Virus record (IMG/VR): IMGVR_UViG_2695420859_000012
DNA length: 64,000 nucleotides
DNA from: a virus
Taxonomy: Duplodnaviria > Heunggongvirae > Uroviricota > Caudoviricetes
Reading direction: 5' to 3' (one strand)
Part shown: one piece after another, positions 19,320 to 29,207 of the stretch
Numbering within the stretch: position 1 is the first letter of the stretch
Layout of the letters: every line of letters begins with the position of its first letter
Translations under genes and position numbers: made by a program
The notes under the pieces: model-generated
Seen by the model: only the letters and a program-made list of their open reading frames with translations
Database searches by the model: none
Told to the model about the DNA's origin: nothing

Positions 19320-19628
19320 ATGAAATCGATATTGTTACCACCATTATTTTTACTTTGCTCAGTTACGGCAAATGCAATGGACTATAAGCCTGTCATTCAG
19401 TCGCTGATGAATGACGTGTGCTCAACGTCTCAGAATGTATCAGTTTGCATGTATCAATTTTCGGCAGCCGTAAAAGCAGGAAAAGCGATAGGTGAGAATG
19501 TGGAACTGTGTAAGAAAGTGGCAAATGAAGAAAGGGCAATGTTGGATTGCGAATCTAGCGAGTCATCGGCACAGTTCGTTGATGCGCTATTTGACACCAA
19601 TCGTAAGGCTGTAGAGTCTGTTCAATAA
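19320..19628 (+). CDS. Secreted Cys-containing small protein (hypothetical)
   Basis: Predicted signal peptide (MKSILLPPLFLLCSVTANA), 102 aa, several Cys. Confidence 0.5.
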   Translation: MKSILLPPLFLLCSVTANAMDYKPVIQSLMNDVCSTSQNVSVCMYQFSAAVKAGKAIGENVELCKKVANEERAMLDCESSESSAQFVDALFDTNRKAVESVQ

Positions 19629-19819
19629 ATCTATAAGGTTAATAACCGGCTAAGTCCGGTTATTATTTTTCACATCACTTCTTTATATCTACAAATCAAA
19701 TAACCTAAATATATATAAGGTCTAAAGCCGCAATCGATTATTTATTTAGGGAACACCTTCGACGATCTCGCTTTTATTTCTAGGACTTTCATCCCTGCAA
19801 AAAATTTTAAAAAAACACT

Positions 19820-19850
19820 TGCAATCTATTTTCGCGTATCGATAATTGAA
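19820..19850 (+). promoter_or_regulatory. Sigma70-like promoter for the low-GC cassette
   Basis: TTGCAA - 17 nt - ATAATT upstream of the 19912 gene, followed by an AAGGA RBS. Confidence 0.4.
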
Positions 19851-19911
19851 CTCGTCGAAAGCGAAGACGCTAACGACAATAAATTTTAAATTTACATAAG
19901 GAAAAATTATC

Positions 19912-20562
19912 ATGGCTAACATTATCATTTCTAAAAAATCCATCATTGAAGCTGCTTCCATTGTATCCGATGAACTGCGCGAAAAAGCAGATCTGGCAAC
20001 TCAAACATATAACGAACATTATAAAAATGGTACGCACACTAAAGCAGACAAAGCAAATATGCAAGCTGCGACCACTAAACTTGCTTACTTCATCAACAAC
20101 GTCGTAAACGCAGTAGAAGACGAAAAATTATGCTCTGTTTTCTACTATGCGATTAAAGCAAGCAAACAAGCGCCAGAAGTATTTTTCCGTGATGCAATGA
20201 CTAATAGTTATTCTCTGGAAAAACTGGTTTATCTGGTTAAATCAATTAAATCTGGTAAATGCGTTTATTCCATCGCTGATATGTCAGGATCTCGTGTATT
20301 CGCTTTAATCGATATGATTAACGACGAGATCGACACGTTCACCAATGGCGCTGTTTTCGATTTAATGAATGAAGCTAAAAAAGCGTGCGAAATTAAATTG
20401 GACGCTGGCTATACTCAAGCCAACCAGTTGATCAATCTTTGCGAACGTCTTGGACTTGTTGAGAAAGTCAAAGGAATGGGAAGCGCAAAAGCTGGTACAC
20501 AGCAATATCGCTTTATCAAGAATGATTTCTACAATTATTTAGCTGATGCTTTTAAAGCGTAA
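19912..20562 (+). CDS. Hypothetical protein (216 aa) in low-GC cassette
   Basis: AT-rich coding region with its own promoter-like sequence, RBS and downstream hairpin. Confidence 0.55.
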   Translation: MANIIISKKSIIEAASIVSDELREKADLATQTYNEHYKNGTHTKADKANMQAATTKLAYFINNVVNAVEDEKLCSVFYYAIKASKQAPEVFFRDAMTNSYSLEKLVYLVKSIKSGKCVYSIADMSGSRVFALIDMINDEIDTFTNGAVFDLMNEAKKACEIKLDAGYTQANQLINLCERLGLVEKVKGMGSAKAGTQQYRFIKNDFYNYLADAFKA

Positions 20563-20572
20563 TTAATGGAAT

Positions 20573-20596
20573 CAAGCGCCCACTATGGGCGCTTTA
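20573..20596 (+). terminator. Hairpin (GCGCCCA-CTAT-GGGCGC), weak terminator or RNA structure
   Basis: Same hairpin sequence as the terminator at about 21073; followed by TTTAAAGG rather than a clean U-tract. Confidence 0.35.
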
Positions 20597-20612
20597 AAGG
20601 AGCTTTAAAAAA

Positions 20613-20816
20613 ATGGTCAGCTATGACAAGATCCGCGCAAAGTATCGCGCAAAGTATCGCGCTTATAAACTGGAATTAATCGATGATTTGATCGCGCAAC
20701 GCGACCAATTAAATTTTACGTTTTCTGATTTGCTTAATAGCAAGCGAGATTGCAAGCGCAAACGTGAATACTTACGTTTAAGCGCATTAATCGGAAAACT
20801 TCAAAATTCTATTTAA
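20613..20816 (+). CDS. Small basic protein (67 aa, hypothetical)
   Basis: AAGGAG RBS; Lys/Arg-rich (KIRAKYRAKYRAYK). Confidence 0.45.
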   Translation: MVSYDKIRAKYRAKYRAYKLELIDDLIAQRDQLNFTFSDLLNSKRDCKRKREYLRLSALIGKLQNSI

Positions 20817-20837
20817 TTTTTTTTAAGGAGCTTAATC

Positions 20838-21068
20838 ATGTTTGTTCTTATCGCTGGCGTTAACGTCCATAATGAATATTATGTTAATCGCATCGCTGGG
20901 ATCGCTGGTTACGCTGGGCGCGCAGTCGAGCTTATAGATGAAACGACGCGCAAAATTGACTTATTGAGCGACCAGGAGCGAAAAAAAGCAGACGTGAACG
21001 ACGCTGATATATTTTTAATGTTAAAAGCGTTTGTAGAAATGGGATTTAAAATCAGTTTACACAAATAA
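20838..21068 (+). CDS. Small protein (76 aa, hypothetical)
   Basis: AAGGAG RBS; last gene of the low-GC cassette. Confidence 0.45.
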   Translation: MFVLIAGVNVHNEYYVNRIAGIAGYAGRAVELIDETTRKIDLLSDQERKKADVNDADIFLMLKAFVEMGFKISLHK

Positions 21069-21072
21069 AATC

Positions 21073-21100
21073 GAGCGCCCACTATGGGCGCTTTTTTTCG
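21073..21100 (+). terminator. Rho-independent terminator
   Basis: GAGCGCCCA-CTAT-GGGCGCT hairpin followed by TTTTTTTCGTTT; a second GC hairpin plus T-run follows at about 21120-21150. Confidence 0.7.
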
Positions 21101-21684
21101 TTTCCAATACACCTACCATAACGCGCCATCATTGGCGCGTTTTTATTGTCTTTAACTCACTCCAACAACATAAAAATAAGCGCCAAAATAACGCCATAGA
21201 CGCGCTTTTATATCCTTACCAGTACATGCCCATTACTTAACACATTAACGCGCTTAAAACGCATTATATTGCGCTATAGAGTATGGTTAATCATTGGCTT
21301 TTAGTCTTGCTATGTGATCCGCGTTTATTTGTCGGTGCGGATCGGCATTTTGTTTTGTTCTGTATCCGCTCGCGTATTATGTGCGCGTGATTTTTCACAT
21401 AATCACACCACTTAATCACGTATGTGATTATGCTACGAAAGAAATCTGGATGTCTCAGGCGACGAAAGTCATCATAATTTCCCCCGCTCACCTGTCCGAC
21501 AACCGCTGGTTGGATTCCACCAGCTTCCCGATGTTTTTTCTACACAAAGGCGAATGCAGCCGTTTCCCGAAAAAATCCTGGCCGTTCCCCGTCGGCTCAT
21601 GAATACGTTCCTCGCCGTTTCTGAAAATTTCCCTGCGGCAGCTGGTGGCTATAGAGAAAGGGCCGTTTCTGGCCCTCTTCTCAG

Positions 21685-22167
21685 TTACACGCCATCAAGG
21701 ATGTGGATGCGGTTGCTTGCGTATACATTCAGCATAAAGTTAGCGCAAAACAGTTTCCATGTATCAACGCCAGCGGTATACGTAATGTTTTTGCATTTAA
21801 TTGCATTGTTGGCGATCCGCATCCCCTGCGATACTGCTTCATCGTCGGAAAATTTGAACGACGATTGAGTTTTAATCCAGACAGAAATCTGCGTAGCGAA
21901 CTCAATCAGCTTGGACTGGCAGAATCGCCCGGAGCGCACCGGAAAGACGAACGTTCCGAATCCAGAATTTACCACATATGCTTTCTCAAATACCCGCGAG
22001 TAACGACGATTGCCAATGATGTCGCGTGCAATAATGCATTTTTCTTGTGCTGACAGTTCTACCGTCTCATTGTCGCGCCATGCACCAAGTACTCGTTTTT
22101 CAATGTCAGAGAACGTTACAGCGATATTGCCATGTGCGGGTGCGTTTACAGTAGCGATAAAATTCAT
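21685..22167 (-). CDS. Hypothetical protein (160 aa)
   Basis: ORF preceded by an AAGGA RBS and the conserved AACAAnTTGTTTTCT upstream element. Confidence 0.5.
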   Translation of the reverse strand: MNFIATVNAPAHGNIAVTFSDIEKRVLGAWRDNETVELSAQEKCIIARDIIGNRRYSRVFEKAYVVNSGFGTFVFPVRSGRFCQSKLIEFATQISVWIKTQSSFKFSDDEAVSQGMRIANNAIKCKNITYTAGVDTWKLFCANFMLNVYASNRIHILDGV

Positions 22168-22517
22168 GATTAATTCCTTATCGTAAATAACAAATTGTTT
22201 TCTTGTTGGTGTTAATTATCGTTGTACGAATAAGGCGTCAAAGTGGAAAGTTGCGGTAGCCGGACGGGAACAGGTGGGTTTGTCGGTTGCCTGGAGGTAA
22301 GAGGTTGGTGTTATTAGCCTGAGGGAAACAGGATGGTCATTTAAGACCACCAATGCTGGTGGCCTTAATAATTATCGCCCGATTACGCTAAGGATCTTTT
22401 CCTCAACTGATTTGTTGTTGCGACTAAACTGCCTTGCGTATCTGATGACAGAAGAGGCGTTTTGCTTTCTGACCATCTCGGCTCTTTCCTTCAGGCGTTT
22501 CTTGAAATCGCCCATAT

Positions 22518-22892
22518 TTACCACCAGGCGCAGAAGGTCAGTCTGTTATTGTGAAAGTCGTGGTTCTTAATCAGATCTTCCACAAGCTCTTTCAACTGCC
22601 CCACATCATGCCAGTAACCTTCGTCGTACTCCTGACTGCCGAAGAAAAAACCTTCCCGAGTAGGCAAGTACTCTTCGCAATTGCTTTCGTTTATGTGCAT
22701 CAAATGAGCTTTCAGAAGACAAATGTCATTCATCGTTAATTCTAAAAGCTCACAATTTTCGACTTCACCTACGTTGCGCTCCATCCACCCAACGAGCGCA
22801 TTGAACTTACGGAAGTAAGCAACCTGCTTTCTGGATGCCTCGTTATTCAGATCGTTTTTAGGCTGTGTCTCGATATAGATATCAAGTCCCAT
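22518..22892 (-). CDS. Hypothetical protein (124 aa)
   Basis: Start placed at the internal Met (MGLDIYIETQ) with AAGGA RBS; conserved upstream element at about 22940-22975. Confidence 0.45.
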   Translation of the reverse strand: MGLDIYIETQPKNDLNNEASRKQVAYFRKFNALVGWMERNVGEVENCELLELTMNDICLLKAHLMHINESNCEEYLPTREGFFFGSQEYDEGYWHDVGQLKELVEDLIKNHDFHNNRLTFCAWW

Positions 22893-22983
22893 GATGGTTT
22901 CCTTATTAACTTGCTTCAGTAAAATCATTTTCACAAATCAGATAAGGCAGAAAACAAATTGTTATCGGGCTTAATAAAATGGC

Positions 22984-23008
22984 GCGGTTTACGCGCCATT
23001 TAAAGAGG
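22984..23008 (-). terminator. Rho-independent terminator
   Basis: AATGGCGCG-GTTTA-CGCGCCATT hairpin followed on the reverse strand by TTTTATT, just downstream of the 23010-23405 gene. Confidence 0.55.
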
Positions 23009-23009
23009 A

Positions 23010-23405
23010 TTAAGCGAATACGCTTTCAGGGATTAAGGTGTCGGCAGGAATGCCAGAGGTAATGCGCAGGCCGTACTGACCAATCCAGGTAGTGTTGGTA
23101 TTCAGGCTGGAGGCGAATACGGTGTTAACCATATTCATCATGGTTTCAAACACCTCTTCATCAACCTGGCGGAAGTAGTTCTCGATTTTCAGCAGCAGCG
23201 GGTCAGTTGCATCGAGAATGGACTGGTATTGAGTCGCGTACTCGCCGCCGGAGGCATCACCTTTACGCACGATCGTACTGGCCTGGACTTCGGCACCAGT
23301 TTCGGTGTTGTACGTAACAACGGTAATTTTTGCCACATTCTTACCTTCGGCGGTTTCAGAGGCATAGTAAACATCAACTGTCAGTTTTTCGCGTTTAACG
23401 GTCAT
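23010..23405 (-). CDS. Hypothetical protein (131 aa)
   Basis: ORF with RBS, an upstream AT-rich palindrome and a downstream terminator. Confidence 0.5.
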   Translation of the reverse strand: MTVKREKLTVDVYYASETAEGKNVAKITVVTYNTETGAEVQASTIVRKGDASGGEYATQYQSILDATDPLLLKIENYFRQVDEEVFETMMNMVNTVFASSLNTNTTWIGQYGLRITSGIPADTLIPESVFA

Positions 23406-23530
23406 TTCACTCTCCGTAGTGTATTGGTTATTTTTATATTCTATAATCGTAAGTATTTACTTACAATACAAAAAGCCCCGTAAGGATGGCGGGGCTGTCG
23501 TACTGTCGACTAATTGCCACTTGCACATTA

Positions 23531-23842
23531 TCAGGCTATTGCCATCACTGATGCTCTCTGAATTTCTTGCTGGGCCACGCGGTTAACTTCCATCAAGGCC
23601 AGTTCGAGCTGATGTTCCGGCCACATTCTTTGAAACGCCATCCAGCCTTTTCCACGCTGGCGACGAACATTCATTACATAACGAGTAAAGGTGTTTTTAT
23701 CGAAAGACACCGCTGTTTCACGGAACAGACGAATAGAGGTTCCATTGGCAACGATGTCCAGCAAAGTTAATTGAGCAACCAGCGCAGGCTTCTCTTTTCT
23801 CTTCTGGTCTTTGTCCAGACCAAGAACCAATGATTTTTTCAT
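23531..23842 (-). CDS. Hypothetical protein (104 aa)
   Basis: Start placed at the internal Met (MKKSLVLGL); conserved upstream element directly 5'. Confidence 0.45.
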   Translation of the reverse strand: MKKSLVLGLDKDQKRKEKPALVAQLTLLDIVANGTSIRLFRETAVSFDKNTFTRYVMNVRRQRGKGWMAFQRMWPEHQLELALMEVNRVAQQEIQRASVMAIA

Positions 23843-23996
23843 CACAACTCCGTAAACAACTTGTTTTCTCAATGGCGTAAATAATACCAATAAAAAAACG
23901 GCTACAAAGCATAATGATCAGGTGCATGAGCGATATGCAGGTTCTTCCCTGCGGCTACAGATTAAGTTAAGCCAGCAATGCTGGCTTTGGTTGGGA

Positions 23997-24326
23997 TTAC
24001 GCGAATACCTCAAGAAACTCCTGAACGTCCCAATGCTGGACGAGGTGAAGATAGACCTTAGAAATCACGTCATTTTCGCTATCGCATGTGAAGTAGTACT
24101 TCTGGCTGCGGTTGTATGTGTCCACACAAAATTCGCTCATATCCATAAAGTCAGCATCATCACCCAGGTCGCTAATCATCAAAGCAGGTGCATCATCACG
24201 AGTCATCAGCTCCAGCACCCATCTTGAATTAATCAGAGTGGAAGACCAACCTTCCAGCTCATAAAACTGGTCAAACTCTTTTTGAGTCAATTTCTTAATT
24301 TGGTTGATGTCGATATTTGCAAACAT
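23997..24326 (-). CDS. Hypothetical protein (110 aa)
   Basis: Start placed at the internal Met (MFANIDINQ) preceded by AAGGA; conserved upstream element directly 5'. Confidence 0.45.
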   Translation of the reverse strand: MFANIDINQIKKLTQKEFDQFYELEGWSSTLINSRWVLELMTRDDAPALMISDLGDDADFMDMSEFCVDTYNRSQKYYFTCDSENDVISKVYLHLVQHWDVQEFLEVFA

Positions 24327-24499
24327 AAAGCAATCCTTAAACAAGATGTTTTCTTAATGGTGTTATTATCGCAATAACGCACAGGCGAAAAAGGATTTTA
24401 TTCCGGTGAATGTGGTTTTGGCAGTGAGTTTTCAGGTTCAGTACAGAGTACACTTTTTACATTATTCTGATTTAGTGGCCGAAGATGGCTGGTGGGCAG

Positions 24500-24850
24500 A
24501 ATAATCATCTCCCCGAAAACCTACTGAAATCGATTGTGACCCGTTGGCTGTCTGGCACAATTACGCTGTAACTGGGCATTCAGAGGGAATCCAGCGGTAA
24601 GTAGGTTCGCCTTCACGTGAGCGCCTCTCTTCTTCCCGCACATTACAGGTGGGTAGCCGCAACTCTCCCTCTCGCTATGCCGGTACGCCGCCGTTCCTGA
24701 ACCGGCATCGAGCCTTTTCCCGAAATCCACACAGGCAACTCGACCGTTTCCCTGAAAACCTCCAGCCGTTCCCCGAAGGCAACCCAGCCGTTTCTGTAGC
24801 GGGATGCAACCTTTTCCCTGTATGGACCGAAGGCTGACCGTAGGGGTGTT
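24500..24850. repeat. Degenerate direct repeats of a CCGTT(T)CC(C)GAAAA-type unit (second locus at about 21537-21680)
   Basis: At least six related copies here (CCGTTCCTGAACC, CCTTTTCCCGAAATCC, CCGTTTCCCTGAAAACC, CCGTTCCCCGAAGG, CCGTTTCTGTAGCG, CCTTTTCCCTGTATGG) and four at 21537-21680. Confidence 0.5.
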
Positions 24851-25019
24851 ACGGGGGATAAAATCAGGAGTTGAATAAATACGAAAAAGGAGGCGACACC
24901 CCTCCTTCCCTCCCCACTTATACATACCTGGCTTCTTCGCTATACATGTTGTGTTTTATCTGTCTCAACCTCTCTATAGGCGTTAATGCTCACTCCTTCC
25001 AGAATGTTCTATACGGCAA

Positions 25020-25620
25020 CTATTTCTGTTGGTGAATTGGGTGTGTTGTTCTCTCTGTCGGTGTATGTGGTTTCGTTCGTTTTGCGGTGGTTCTTCTATG
25101 GGGTGTTCTCGTCGTTTTGGTGATTGTTCTTCTCCGTGTATGGAGTAATGGCAGGTGGGCGATTCCTTTCGTTGTTGTGTTTGAGTTGTTTGTCTGGAGT
25201 GTGTGAAAGGCTTTTGCAGTTATTCGTGTATTGGGTAATGGCATTTCCCGTGATTGTTGTGTTTCGTGTCTTTTGGGATTGAGAGAAACCTTGCGGTTAC
25301 AGGCTTCGTTGGGGTTTCAGTGATTCTGGTGTTCTTCGCTGTTTGGGGAATGGCGTGTCGTGGGTATCGCGCGTATGAATGTTTTCGGATTGCCTGTGAA
25401 AGTTAGGTTGGTTGTCCGGTAGCCTGGGGAGAAGAGGTGGGTCTTTTCGGTAGCCTGGGGAGAAGAGGTGGGTCTTTTCGGTAGCCTGCCATAAAGAGGT
25501 TGGTTGTTTTTGGAAATGGCATTTGTGTTATTTAGTTGTTTTGTTATGCCTGAAAATAAGTTGTTTATATGGTTGTGTAACGCAACGGGAGCGATTTTGA
25601 GCGTGTGTTTTTGTTGGTAG
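25020..25620. repeat. G+T-skewed non-coding repeat region with a 32-bp tandem direct repeat (about 25418-25500)
   Basis: Forward strand strongly G/T-rich for about 600 bp; recurring GG(A/G)(G/A)(T/A)AATGGC units at about 25142, 25232, 25345 and 25511; GGTAGCCTGGGGAGAAGAGGTGGGTCTTTTC repeated about 2.3 times in tandem. Only low-complexity ORFs are present. Confidence 0.6.
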
Positions 25621-25921
25621 TGTGTTGGGTCGTCTGTGGTGAAAATTGGACGCTGTGGCGCTGTCTGCTGCGTAGAGTTACGGGTATAAGCAGTGATGTG
25701 TGAAAACGTCAATTTTTTAGACCAAATCGGGTGAAAGCGTTGATGTTTCGTTGATCTGTTATTCAGTTGTTTTCTTGATTGTATAAACAACTATAACTTA
25801 TTGATATTTAAGGATGTGATTGCGGGTATGGAAGAAGAGTAGTGGCGATCAACGGATTCTTATAGAAAAGAATCAAATTGTGACCGCCATTATCAACTGA
25901 TTGATTTGTTTACTTGTGTAG

Positions 25922-26320
25922 TCAGTTCTCGAAATGAATAGGGTCAACGTAATGCCGCTCACCGCTTTTACCATTACACAGCACTGTAACTTTCGCCTTT
26001 TCACTCCAGGCTGAGTATAGAAAGTTCCCATCAGGTTGAACATGGTAACGAGAGAAGTAAACATCGCCGACTGAGGCGTCGAACATGTTCCTATCTTTTT
26101 CACTTTGGGCAAGCGAGATGGATATCACCGAATTCCCATTTGGGGAAACGATTTTAAATTTATTCCCTATATCCATAACAATATTGTAACCAGGTAATTG
26201 CTTGTGTGTTTCCGGATCTATTTTCATGCATCGTGGGTACACGATAGTGTTAGGCTCTTCAACTGGCGTGGCATTAGCAGAAAGCACAAAAAATATTAGT
26301 GCCAATGGTGCATATTTCAT
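25922..26320 (-). CDS. Secreted protein (hypothetical, 132 aa)
   Basis: Predicted signal peptide (MKYAPLALIFFVLSANA). Confidence 0.5.
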   Translation of the reverse strand: MKYAPLALIFFVLSANATPVEEPNTIVYPRCMKIDPETHKQLPGYNIVMDIGNKFKIVSPNGNSVISISLAQSEKDRNMFDASVGDVYFSRYHVQPDGNFLYSAWSEKAKVTVLCNGKSGERHYVDPIHFEN

Positions 26321-26432
26321 TTATCCCTCACAATTTCCAATTTTCCAGACCATCGTCTATTTCAGCGTCAGGGTGGAATTGTACCGCATCAAATCCTACA
26401 TCGAGCACCTTTCGAATGTTCTTGATGGTTTG

Positions 26433-26621
26433 CTATGTGACACCGTAATCACGCAGCTTTTCTTCCCTCCCCTGACTCCCCCATACTCCGTTTCTGTACC
26501 CAATTGAGTCCGAGATTGTATGGTGCTCGAAACAGATATTTGGTAGACACTCAGAGTCATGCTGTGTAACGAGGGTAGGGCTACTAACTGTCGTCTTATA
26601 CAATTTGGTGAGTTTCAGCAT
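26433..26621 (-). CDS. Small hypothetical protein (62 aa)
   Basis: Start overlaps the stop region of the upstream gene; no other support. Confidence 0.25.
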   Translation of the reverse strand: MLKLTKLYKTTVSSPTLVTQHDSECLPNICFEHHTISDSIGYRNGVWGSQGREEKLRDYGVT

Positions 26622-26857
26622 TTTACCACCCCGTTCGGAAACAACTCATTCGCCGTAGTTGATATAACCTCCCAATTAACGCCGACATCAGCGTTATGGC
26701 ATTGTCTGATTTTTTGCATCACCTGTACGCATTGTTCATCAGTGAGATCTGTCCTTACTTCAGCAATATCTTCTTTGTGCCACATAACCATGAGTAAGGG
26801 TTCGTCTTCTGGATAGTTTTTCAGTTTCTCGATGATTTCTTTTGCTGTTCCAAACAT
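26615..26857 (-). CDS. Hypothetical protein (80 aa)
   Basis: Start placed at the second Met after a GGAG RBS; two copies of the conserved upstream element directly 5'. Confidence 0.45.
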   Translation of the reverse strand: MFGTAKEIIEKLKNYPEDEPLLMVMWHKEDIAEVRTDLTDEQCVQVMQKIRQCHNADVGVNWEVISTTANELFPNGVVKC

Positions 26858-26969
26858 CTTCATCTCCTAAACAATTTGTTTTCTTATATGACTTATTATC
26901 TCAATCAACAAAAGGTAGAAAACAAATTGTTTTAGAGTTTGTTAAAGTCAGAAGGGGTTGTGTCTATAT

Positions 26970-26995
26970 GAAAATGCCCGGCGTGTTGCCGGGCA
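26970..26995 (-). terminator. Rho-independent terminator of metG
   Basis: GCCCGGC-AACAC-GCCGGGC hairpin followed by ATTTTCAT on the reverse strand, 25-45 nt after the metG stop. Confidence 0.7.
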
Positions 26996-27016
26996 TTGCG
27001 AAGAGAGGTTGTTTAA

Positions 27017-29050
27017 TTACTTAACCTGGTGGCCAGGTTTAGCACCAGCATCCGGGCTTAACAGGAAGATATCTTTCCCGCCGGGGCCAGCAGCCATCAC
27101 CATGCCTTCAGAGATACCGAAGCGCATTTTACGTGGTGCCAGGTTAGCCACCATAATGGTGTGACGACCAATCAGTGCCTGTGGATCTGGATAAGCGGAA
27201 CGGATGCCTGAGAAGACATTACGCTTTTCACCACCGAGATCCAGCGTCAGGCGAAGCAGTTTGTCAGAACCTTCTACAAACTCTGCGTTTTCAATCAGCG
27301 CCACGCGCAGGTCAACTTTGGCGAAGTCGTCAAAGGTGATAGTTTCCTGAATCGGGTCGTCAGCCAGTGGGCCAGTTACCGGTGCGGCTGTGGCTTTCAC
27401 TTCTTCTTTGGATGCTTCCACCAGTGCTTCAACCTGCTTCATATCGATGCGGTTATACAGTGCCTTGAACGGATTCACTTTATGGCCCAGCAGCGGTTGC
27501 TGGATACCATCCCAGGTCAGTTCTGTATTCAGGAATGCTTCTGCACGTTCAGTCAGTTTCGGCAGTACCGGTTTCAGGTACGTCATCAGCACGCGGAACA
27601 GGTTAATGCCCATAGAGCAAATCGCCTGCAGATCGGCATCGCGTCCTTCCTGCTTTGCCACCACCCACGGAGCCTGTTCATCAACATAGCGGTTAGCCAG
27701 GTCAGCCAGTGCCATGATTTCACGGATAGCTTTGCCAAATTCGCGGCTTTCCCATGCTTCGCCAATCACTTCAGCGGCATCAGTAAAGGTTTTGTACAGT
27801 TGCGGGTCAGCCAGTTCGCTTGCCAGCACGCCGTCAAAACGCTTGTTGATAAAGCCTGCATTACGGGAGGCCAGGTTAACCACTTTGTTAACGATATCGG
27901 CATTCACACGCTGAACGAAATCTTCCAGGTTGAGATCGATATCATCAATGCGCGAAGAGAGTTTCGCAGTGTAGTAGTAACGCAGGCTGTCGGCGTCAAA
28001 ATGATTCAGCCAGGTGCTGGCTTTAATAAAGGTGCCGCGAGACTTGGACATCTTCGCGCCGTTCACCGTCACATAGCCGTGAACAAACAGGTTGGTCGGC
28101 TTGCGGAAGTTGCTGCCTTCCAGCATGGCAGGCCAGAACAGGCTGTGGAAGTAAACGATATCTTTGCCGATGAAGTGGTACAGCTCGGCGGTGGAGTCTT
28201 TCTTCCAGTATTCGTCGAAGCTGGTAGTGTCGCCGCGTTTGTCGCACAGATTCTTGAAGGAACCCATGTAGCCAATCGGCGCGTCCAGCCAGACGTAGAA
28301 GTATTTGCCCGGTGCGTTCGGAATTTCAAAACCGAAGTAAGGTGCGTCACGGGAGATATCCCACTGTTGCAGGCCGGATTCAAACCACTCCTGCATTTTG
28401 TTTGCCACCTGCTCCTGCAACGCACCGCTGCGGGTCCATGCCTGCAACATTTCGCTGAAAGAAGGCAGATCAAAGAAGAAGTGTTCGGAATCACGCATTA
28501 CCGGTGTAGCGCCAGAAACCACTGATTTCGGCTCGATCAGTTCCGTCGGGCTGTATGTCGCGCCGCAGACTTCACAGTTATCGCCGTATTGATCCGGCGC
28601 TTTACATTTCGGGCATGTGCCTTTTACAAAACGGTCCGGCAGGAACATGCCTTTTTCCGGGTCGTACAGCTGAGAGATGGTGCGGTTTTTAATAAAACCG
28701 TTCTCTTTCAGGCGAGTATAGATAAGCTCGGACAACTGACGGTTCTCTTCGCTGTGCGTCGAGTGATAGTTGTCATAGCTGATGTTAAAGCCTGCGAAAT
28801 CAGTCTGATGTTCCTGACTCATTTCGCCAATCATCTGTTCCGGTGTGATACCAAGCTGCTGTGCTTTCAGCATGATTGGCGTACCGTGGGCATCGTCGGC
28901 ACAGATGAAATTAACCTCGTGGCCGCGCATTCGCTGGTAACGAACCCAGACATCAGCCTGGATGTGCTCCAGCATATGGCCGAGGTGGATTGAGCCGTTA
29001 GCGTACGGCAGCGCGCACGTCACCAGAATTTTCTTCGCGACTTGGGTCAT
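27017..29050 (-). CDS. metG: Methionine--tRNA ligase (host-type, near-identical to E. coli MetG by recall)
   Basis: 677-aa protein from [29 protein letters not shown] with HLGH and KMSKS (GAKMSKSRG) class I signatures, C4 zinc knuckle and C-terminal tRNA-binding domain. The track ORF extends 43 codons further upstream to 29179. Confidence 0.95.
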   Translation of the reverse strand: MTQVAKKILVTCALPYANGSIHLGHMLEHIQADVWVRYQRMRGHEVNFICADDAHGTPIMLKAQQLGITPEQMIGEMSQEHQTDFAGFNISYDNYHSTHSEENRQLSELIYTRLKENGFIKNRTISQLYDPEKGMFLPDRFVKGTCPKCKAPDQYGDNCEVCGATYSPTELIEPKSVVSGATPVMRDSEHFFFDLPSFSEMLQAWTRSGALQEQVANKMQEWFESGLQQWDISRDAPYFGFEIPNAPGKYFYVWLDAPIGYMGSFKNLCDKRGDTTSFDEYWKKDSTAELYHFIGKDIVYFHSLFWPAMLEGSNFRKPTNLFVHGYVTVNGAKMSKSRGTFIKASTWLNHFDADSLRYYYTAKLSSRIDDIDLNLEDFVQRVNADIVNKVVNLASRNAGFINKRFDGVLASELADPQLYKTFTDAAEVIGEAWESREFGKAIREIMALADLANRYVDEQAPWVVAKQEGRDADLQAICSMGINLFRVLMTYLKPVLPKLTERAEAFLNTELTWDGIQQPLLGHKVNPFKALYNRIDMKQVEALVEASKEEVKATAAPVTGPLADDPIQETITFDDFAKVDLRVALIENAEFVEGSDKLLRLTLDLGGEKRNVFSGIRSAYPDPQALIGRHTIMVANLAPRKMRFGISEGMVMAAGPGGKDIFLLSPDAGAKPGHQVK

Positions 29051-29207
29051 AGTAGGCATTACTTCTTTGTAGTGAAAAGGGGCTTGATAGTAACAAAATG
29101 GCCTTATGTCTGCCATGTGATAACAGCATTTCTCATAAATGATTAAATGTCGTAGCTGGAGTACACTACAAGGCGACAATTGCGCAAATTAAAATAAAGG
29201 AGACGGG

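Noticed and set aside
24521-24925. 134-aa reverse ORF, Gly/Arg/Cys-rich
   Set aside because: It overlaps the degenerate repeat array and has an implausible composition; most likely non-coding.
25418-25500. Possible CRISPR or minisatellite
   Set aside because: Only about 2.3 copies of a 32-bp unit in direct tandem with no spacers; a simple tandem duplication.
25020-25790. Reverse-strand ORFs 25020-25244 and 25317-25790 (Thr/His/Pro/Asn/Lys-rich)
   Set aside because: They are low-complexity translations of the A+C-rich reverse strand of the repeat region, with no RBS or domain; treated as non-coding.
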